Positions 8,082-13,607 of a DNA stretch of 13,607 nt are shown piece by piece. The notes beneath the pieces were generated by a model. The model did no database searches. It was given only the letters and a program-made list of their open reading frames with translations, and had not been told where the DNA came from. How positions within the stretch are numbered: the stretch's first letter is position 1; each line of letters opens with the position of its first letter. A program made the translations under genes and the position numbers. The DNA is taken from contig JAHQWW010000102.1 of assembly GCA_029856365.1 (NCBI GenBank), positions 1-13,607 of the forward strand, written 5' to 3'. The stretch comes from Candidatus Hodarchaeota archaeon. Lineage in GTDB: Archaea > Asgardarchaeota > Heimdallarchaeia > Hodarchaeales > Hodarchaeaceae.

Positions 8082-8152
8082 AACTATCATTTTTGAACTA
8101 CCAAAACCGATGTAAAATAGTAACCAAATTAGGAATATTAGGAGTTCTTGGT

Positions 8153-8878
8153 ATGTCTTTACAAAAAATATTCACGAAGTTCTCACATAGTAAGATAGAA
8201 AAATCTGAAGATAGCTTGTGGAAAGAAGATATTACTTGCCGAATCATGCAAAAAATATCCATGCCTATCGCCCGATTTCTCTATCCGTTCGGTTTTATTA
8301 CTCCAAATCGAATCACATGGTTTCATTATTTCTTAATTATTCTTGGATCAATAATTTTAATTATCGCTGAGGAAAACATTATATTACTCTTTTTAGTTGG
8401 GTTATGTCTTTGGTTGTCTGCTCTTGTTGATGGTCTCGATGGCCAACTAGCGAGACTGAGAGGAACATCAAGCAAAAAGGGAGAGTGGCTGGATAGAGTA
8501 TTAGATGAAGGAAAAGGCTATCCCTTTTTCTTAGCAATAGGATTACATATCCAAGACTCAAGTGGAAATTTCGCTCTATACCTATTCGAAAATCATCTAA
8601 TGACGTTAAATGTTTGGTTTACAATGACTATCGTGTTTGCTTGTGCTTCTTGGCTAAGTATCATGACTTCCTTCGGTACTTGGATATTAAAAGAACCCAT
8701 TGTAGTGAGTAACGGAAATGTCTACATTGTATGGTTCTTCTTACTTTTCAATATATTAGATTGGTTTTTATTCCTCTTTACCATTGGTGTATTTTTAGCA
8801 ATGGTGTGGACACTCTTTGAAAAGACTTTTTTCACCCCCGCAAATCCGATAGAAACAAAGGAGGCGCCAGATTCATAA
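8153..8878 (+). CDS. CDP-alcohol phosphotransferase family membrane protein (DIPP synthase / inositol-phospholipid synthase-like)
   Basis: Full signature DGLDGQLAR-x8-GEWLDRVLD (DxxDGxxAR...GxxxDxxxD) and ITPNRIT, with multiple TM segments. ATG 8153 follows AGGAG (the track start is TTG 8093). Confidence 0.88.
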   Translation: MSLQKIFTKFSHSKIEKSEDSLWKEDITCRIMQKISMPIARFLYPFGFITPNRITWFHYFLIILGSIILIIAEENIILLFLVGLCLWLSALVDGLDGQLARLRGTSSKKGEWLDRVLDEGKGYPFFLAIGLHIQDSSGNFALYLFENHLMTLNVWFTMTIVFACASWLSIMTSFGTWILKEPIVVSNGNVYIVWFFLLFNILDWFLFLFTIGVFLAMVWTLFEKTFFTPANPIETKEAPDS

Positions 8879-8931
8879 TAAACAATTAACTGACATCACT
8901 GAGGAAAGAATTTCATAATTTTTGGAGAAAA

Positions 8932-10095
8932 TTATAATCCAGCATCTTCGCGTAAAATTTGGGCCTTGTCGATCTTTTCCCAAGTAAAATCTGGATCGTC
9001 ACGACCAAAGTGGCCATATGCAGCTGTCTTAGCATAGATAGGCCGTTTAAGTTTAAGCTGTTCAATCACTACTCCAGGTCGAAAGTCAAAGTGCTCTTTA
9101 ATTAAGTGCAGGATGTCTAACTCAGGAATAACATTAGTTCTTCTCGTGTCTAAGTTGATACATAAGGGTTTCGCCACACCGATCGCATAGGCAATCTGAA
9201 TTTCACATTCATCAGCTAATCCTGCAGCTACCACATTTTTAGCAGCCCAACGGGCAGCATAAGAACCAGAACGATCTACTTTCGAGGGATCTTTCCCTGA
9301 GAAACAACCTCCACCGTGGGATCCAACACCACCATATGTGTCCACAATTATTTTACGTCCAGTTAAGCCAGTGTCTCCATGAGGACCCCCAATAACAAAA
9401 CGTCCCGTCTCATTGATGAAATACTCGGTATCATCTGTTAAGTATTTTGATGGGATCACTTTCCTGATGACTTTCGCAATGATATCCTCCTTGATTTCAT
9501 CATGAGTGACATCCTCACTATGTTGAGCAGCAATGACAACAGTGGTCACACTAGAAGGCTTACCATTACTATAATCCACTGTAACTTGAGACTTACCATC
9601 AGGCCGTAACCAAGAAATTTCCCCATTCTTTCGTGTAATAGCAAGTTGCTTTGTGAGGCCATGAGCTAGCACAATTGGGAGGGGCATCAATGAGTCAGTT
9701 TCCCTACAGGCATACCCGAACATCATCCCCTGATCTCCTGCTCCCTGGTCTTCTGGACGAGGTCTTTCGATACCCTGCGTGATATCTGTACTTTGCTCAT
9801 GGATAGCATTTAACACTGCAACCGAGTTGTAATCAAAACCCATTTTAGAATCAATATAGCCAATGTCTTTGATTTTATTGCGAACAATGTCTTGAATATC
9901 AACATATGTCTCTGTTGAAATTTCTCCACCGATTAAAGCCATTCCAGTGGTCAGATACGTCTCACAGGCTACATGGGCACCAGGATCTTTCGCTAAAATC
10001 GCGTCTAGAATTGCATCTGATATTTGATCAGCCATTTTATCAGGATGGCCTTCAGTAACAGATTCAGAGGTAAATAAATGTCGTGTAGAAACCAT
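8932..10095 (-). CDS. metK: S-adenosylmethionine synthetase, bacterial/eukaryotic type
   Basis: [60 protein letters not shown] and YGHFGR motifs. Confidence 0.98.
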   Translation of the reverse strand: MVSTRHLFTSESVTEGHPDKMADQISDAILDAILAKDPGAHVACETYLTTGMALIGGEISTETYVDIQDIVRNKIKDIGYIDSKMGFDYNSVAVLNAIHEQSTDITQGIERPRPEDQGAGDQGMMFGYACRETDSLMPLPIVLAHGLTKQLAITRKNGEISWLRPDGKSQVTVDYSNGKPSSVTTVVIAAQHSEDVTHDEIKEDIIAKVIRKVIPSKYLTDDTEYFINETGRFVIGGPHGDTGLTGRKIIVDTYGGVGSHGGGCFSGKDPSKVDRSGSYAARWAAKNVVAAGLADECEIQIAYAIGVAKPLCINLDTRRTNVIPELDILHLIKEHFDFRPGVVIEQLKLKRPIYAKTAAYGHFGRDDPDFTWEKIDKAQILREDAGL

Positions 10096-10136
10096 TATTC
10101 CATTCCTTCATTCCTTATTTCTTAGTAATATTTTAT

Positions 10137-11408
10137 TCAATTTATTTTGTAGGAAGACAAATCTAATTCATTGATTAATGTTGATCTGGCTTCTTTAGCC
10201 CCATCAACCATTGCTAATAGCATTGTATGGAGATCGGTGAGTTTTTGAACGGGTCTTAATCCACAGTCAGGAGCTACTAATAATAAGAACGCTCCTTCTT
10301 CTCCTAATTCATCATATAAGGCTCTTGTTTGATAGAGAAGTCGATCTCGAATAAGAAATTTAAGTTGATTATACGCGGTTTCAGACCGCAACTCTTCATC
10401 AGTAAAACGACGATCAGCATGAACTTCTAAAACTCCAAGGGCAAATTTACAACGGCTCCCCTCTTTATATGCTTTGATTACACTTTCTGTTCCTTCTTTA
10501 TATGCAGGACGGTTACTATGAGACGTTCCAAGGGTTTTAGAATCACGATTAGCGTACTCAAGACTGCAATAATCCCATGGAACCTGTGGTAGATCTTCAT
10601 ATAGAATGTCATAACGATGAGAAAAGCATGTATGAAAACCTATCTTGCAATTATGTTCTTTTGCTATTCCTCCAACGCTTTTGAAAAACCTGGTGTAAGC
10701 TTCCTTATAGATCTCTCTGTCACCTGGAATAGTAGTGTAAGCAGGTTCGTCGGAAATAATAAAGCGAACCCCCGCCTTAATCGCTTCTCTCACCTCAGGG
10801 ATGAACACATTGTCTACTAAATCAAATAAGAATTGAGAATCACTTGAGGGTTTAATTGTCCAATTAAAAATTGTATAAGGACCAGTAAAGCAAAATCGGA
10901 GGGGCTTTTTGGCTATTTTTTGAGTGTACTCCAATTCATCGATGTAAATCTTTTTTTTACGTTGAACATCCACGTTTTTTACACGAACGCCTGGTTTATA
11001 AAAACGATCATCAAAAGAGCGGATATGCTCTTTTTCTAAATAAATACCATCGATATCTTTGGCAGCATGCTCGTACATCTCTCGTCTCCACGCTTCTCCA
11101 CTAAAAACATGATCTAAGCCTGTACTTTCTAAAAAACGAACATTAAAGCGTAATCTTAGCTTTAACACCTCCATTTGCCACTCATCGATATCTTTCGCGT
11201 TGGAAACTGGTCTATTTAGAAGAATTGAGATAGCTTCTTCAGGATCTCCCAGATCTAACTTAGCCCACCAATAATTAATTTCCTCAAGATGTTCTGAGGG
11301 GATTTTTCTCCCTTGAAGGGCAAGAATCGTCGCGTTAAGCTTCCTGATAGAACCCACCTCATGAGTTGGTAGCAAGCTATTGAATGTATCATATTGATTA
11401 GTTGTCAT
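10137..11408 (-). CDS. metE: Cobalamin-independent methionine synthase, single catalytic (core/C-terminal) domain
   Basis: THEVGS, SGEAWR, FTGPYT and DEPA motifs, and Zn ligands HTC, LEYA and APDCGL. 423 aa, so it lacks the N-terminal barrel of ~750-aa MetE. Lies 41 nt upstream of metK on the same strand. Confidence 0.85.
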   Translation of the reverse strand: MTTNQYDTFNSLLPTHEVGSIRKLNATILALQGRKIPSEHLEEINYWWAKLDLGDPEEAISILLNRPVSNAKDIDEWQMEVLKLRLRFNVRFLESTGLDHVFSGEAWRREMYEHAAKDIDGIYLEKEHIRSFDDRFYKPGVRVKNVDVQRKKKIYIDELEYTQKIAKKPLRFCFTGPYTIFNWTIKPSSDSQFLFDLVDNVFIPEVREAIKAGVRFIISDEPAYTTIPGDREIYKEAYTRFFKSVGGIAKEHNCKIGFHTCFSHRYDILYEDLPQVPWDYCSLEYANRDSKTLGTSHSNRPAYKEGTESVIKAYKEGSRCKFALGVLEVHADRRFTDEELRSETAYNQLKFLIRDRLLYQTRALYDELGEEGAFLLLVAPDCGLRPVQKLTDLHTMLLAMVDGAKEARSTLINELDLSSYKIN

Positions 11409-11539
11409 AACATCATCTATTCTACCTGAAATTATTCAAGAGCTTTGTAAAAGGTAAACATACTTATTATGTATGAAATCAAAGATTCTTTTGAATAGAG
11501 ACTCGGAGGATTATTAATTTCCATGAAGATTGAAATATT

Positions 11540-11553
11540 TTGCATTAATGCAA
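11540..11553. promoter_or_regulatory. Perfect 14-bp palindrome TTGCATTAATGCAA upstream of the metE-metK operon; candidate operator
   Basis: Seen directly in the sequence, about 130 nt upstream of the metE start. Function is inferred. Confidence 0.35.
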
Positions 11554-11594
11554 GTCAATGTGAAAGTTTGGAGTTTATCTTTCATATTTTACTG

Positions 11595-11617
11595 AAAAAA
11601 AAATTCCTCACGGGAAT
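11595..11617 (-). terminator. Putative terminator for the LAGLIDADG gene
   Basis: The minus strand reads ATTCC-CGTGA-GGAAT running into a T9 tract (11603-11595), about 55 nt after the stop at 11672. Confidence 0.45.
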
Positions 11618-11671
11618 ATTCTTTTTACTTTTCTATAATGGGATAGGGGGTATTCTTAGATTTTTTTATTC

Positions 11672-13153
11672 TTATTTATCATTTACAAATAATTTACGCA
11701 AATCTTCCCGATCGTAAAGTACTTGTAGGGAAAATCCTCCTTCTTGGGCAGTGGCTTTTTTGGTTGGTATAATGCCACGTGCCACAAGCCTAGTTTTTGC
11801 CTCCTCAACCATAGTAACGGTTATAAAATTATGTTTTCGAGATTGTGGGTGAGAGCGATGACCATAATTTTTATGAAATTCTTGGATTAGAATTTCAGGG
11901 TCACAGGAAGGAGAAATTGCCCAAAATTTTTGTCGTTTTGAAGTACCCTTCAGCTTGACCTCACGAATGAGACCCATTTTGAGTAAGTAATTTAGTCTTT
12001 TGTAAAATTTCTTGGGATTTTGCCCTTCTAGTAGAGAATAGAGTTCAGGATGGTTCCGAAGTTCTTTTGTATTACGAATTTGGTGATCTCCAAGTATCCT
12101 AATGATGGCTATACAAACTTCTTTTACTCTGCGAATCTGATATCCTCTCTTGAGTGAGAAAGATGATGCTAACAATTGAAATTTCTCTTGCTTATGCCAA
12201 AGACCCAATAGAGGGTCCTGTGAAAAGCACTGATATAAGTCAACATGAAATTGTTCAATCCCAGCTTGCCGAAGTTGAAAATAATGTACATCTGGACTTT
12301 TCACCCGAGGTGGGTAAGGTGAATGATCATATCCCAGTTGGTCGCACAAACGCATGATGTATTCTAAAGTAGTTTTATCTTTCTGAGTGAAAGATATTGT
12401 TCTACTCACAGAACCATCATCAAGAAGAAAAGCAGCAAGGAATTGTACTTTCCAATCTTTATACGATAGAGGAAGATCAAAAACATATTGGATGAATTTT
12501 GGAGTACCTAGATCCTGTATCGTTATCCCTGGCATTGTACCTATTATAGCATAAGTTAATGCCTTAGGGTAGTAAACCTTTATGCTTTTACCACCTGATA
12601 GACGACTTAAGCGTTTAATGAGAGCACGTATATGATTCTGATGTTTAAAAAGTTGATTCCATTGAAGTTTTGGGAATACGTGATCCTTATCTTCAGAAAC
12701 ACTACCATCACCGATGATATGACAAATTAACCTCCAAGCATAAATATCAATGTTGAAAGGAAACGATAAAGCTTCTAGTTCACCATTTCGGTGAAAACGT
12801 ACTGCTTGAGTTGATTTCTCCACCACCTCGAGATCTAAACCTATGCCTAAGCAGATTTTTTGAAGGTTGGGAACTATTATCGTTTGATGGGGATTGTTAC
12901 GGATGTTAGATAAGATATTTGGGCTTATCTTCAGCTGTTGAGAGATTACTGACAGAGTGAATCCTTTCAAGTAGTTTGAGAAGATTTCCCACATTTCCCG
13001 TCGTAATAATACATAGAGGTTTGTAAACTCCCATAAATGTACCGTGTGAAACGGTTTACCATTGTGAGACGACCATGGGCTGTGAAAACCCCGAATTGCT
13101 CTTTTTGGAAGTGGTGGTAGTTTCCTATGGTCTATATAATGGTGTTTACTCAT
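11672..13153 (-). CDS. Free-standing double-motif LAGLIDADG homing-endonuclease-like protein with N-terminal XRE-like HTH and C-terminal winged-helix/HTH domains
   Basis: Motif 1 is AWRLICHIIGDGSV (~12698-12740) and motif 2 is QFLAAFLLDDGSV (~12407-12445), followed by ISFTQK. Also an N-terminal TLSVISQQLKISPNILSNI HTH, a FYKRLNYLLKMGLI wHTH recognition helix and a terminal TKKATAQEGGFSLQVLY HTH. GAGG RBS upstream. No intein splice motifs. Confidence 0.7.
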   Translation of the reverse strand: MSKHHYIDHRKLPPLPKRAIRGFHSPWSSHNGKPFHTVHLWEFTNLYVLLRREMWEIFSNYLKGFTLSVISQQLKISPNILSNIRNNPHQTIIVPNLQKICLGIGLDLEVVEKSTQAVRFHRNGELEALSFPFNIDIYAWRLICHIIGDGSVSEDKDHVFPKLQWNQLFKHQNHIRALIKRLSRLSGGKSIKVYYPKALTYAIIGTMPGITIQDLGTPKFIQYVFDLPLSYKDWKVQFLAAFLLDDGSVSRTISFTQKDKTTLEYIMRLCDQLGYDHSPYPPRVKSPDVHYFQLRQAGIEQFHVDLYQCFSQDPLLGLWHKQEKFQLLASSFSLKRGYQIRRVKEVCIAIIRILGDHQIRNTKELRNHPELYSLLEGQNPKKFYKRLNYLLKMGLIREVKLKGTSKRQKFWAISPSCDPEILIQEFHKNYGHRSHPQSRKHNFITVTMVEEAKTRLVARGIIPTKKATAQEGGFSLQVLYDREDLRKLFVNDK

Positions 13154-13607
13154 TTTTTTCCTCTTTAAGGTTGTTTATACTTCCTACATAAAGGTTAAAT
13201 TCTTTGAATTTCAATTTTAGATACTCCCTCCTATATTTAAACTCCCATTTTTTATACTTGAAATTGCTGCTCAAAAGAATTCATATTTATGAAGGATGAA
13301 TAAGGAGTCTTTTTGAATCTATGTCCAAAGAACGTAATTTCAAGGCTAATTATAGTCTCATAATTGGCTTAATTACAATGAGAATAGATAGAAACTTAGC
13401 AGAACCATCAATGAAACCAATAAAATATAATTGATCATTTACTCTATCTTAAATCTGAGTTAAAGTGTTTATATATTTGGTGGTCTTAGAAAGTCTGAAA
13501 GAGCATTTTAAGCCGCCTATTTCATGAGTTGGTAATAAAAGATTGAAGGGATTATTTTGATCAATCATCAAGCAGCAATCTCCCTTTTTTGTAATATTTC
13601 GAGAGCT

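Noticed and set aside
11409-11671. SAM riboswitch or T-box upstream of metE-metK
   Set aside because: No SAM-I core or T-box motif is recognisable by eye and the region is very AT-rich. An Rfam covariance search would settle it.
7177-12357. Short ORFs 7177..7368, 8379..8561, 10617..10820, 11523..11717 and 12154..12357
   Set aside because: They overlap real genes on the opposite strand or are low-complexity AT-rich intergenic translations, with no motifs.
11672-13153. Intein or intron-encoded endonuclease
   Set aside because: No Cys/Ser-start HINT block or terminal His-Asn, no interrupted host gene, and no flanking rRNA/tRNA.
13321-13434. 37-aa + strand ORF (MSKERNFK...) and a minus-strand stretch YFIGFIDGS resembling a LAGLIDADG helix
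   Set aside because: The AAGGAG is too far (13 nt) from the ATG and there is no motif. The minus-strand stretch is short, stop-bounded, has no start codon and lacks the DG[DE]G ending, so it is likely chance.
1-13607. CRISPR arrays, tRNA/rRNA genes, IS elements and long tandem repeats
   Set aside because: None seen on reading the intergenic regions: no regularly spaced repeats, cloverleaf-like GC-rich segments or transposase ORFs.

Overview
AT-rich prokaryotic window. It is probably archaeal, inferred from GGTGA/AGGT-type ribosome-binding sites, TATA-like boxes, a single-domain MetE and archaeal-style WecC/IPCT homologs; lineage is not provable from this window. Left to right: (1) a + strand sulfate-activation cluster of two paralogous ~70-aa ribbon-helix-helix proteins with an acidic C-terminal tail ending LEKLGY(T/L), sat, a cytoplasmic Thr-nucleophile alkaline-phosphatase/NPP-superfamily enzyme, and cysC; (2) a convergent - strand block with a UDP-N-acetylhexosamine dehydrogenase, a GT87-like polytopic glycosyltransferase and an unannotated frameshifted SPASM (radical SAM) remnant; (3) a + strand IPCT-like cytidylyltransferase plus CDP-alcohol phosphotransferase pair; (4) - strand core methionine synthase plus bacterial/eukaryotic-type metK; (5) a free-standing double-motif LAGLIDADG protein with extra HTH domains. 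The best candidate for an undescribed system is block 1. It makes PAPS, but the window has no PAPS reductase or canonical sulfotransferase. The AlkP-family enzyme lacks the 'EEE..RL..LGY' tail often seen on such enzymes, and that tail is instead encoded on the two adjacent small proteins. This suggests a non-canonical sulfotransfer system with a trans-acting tyrosine-tail partner (hypothesis).
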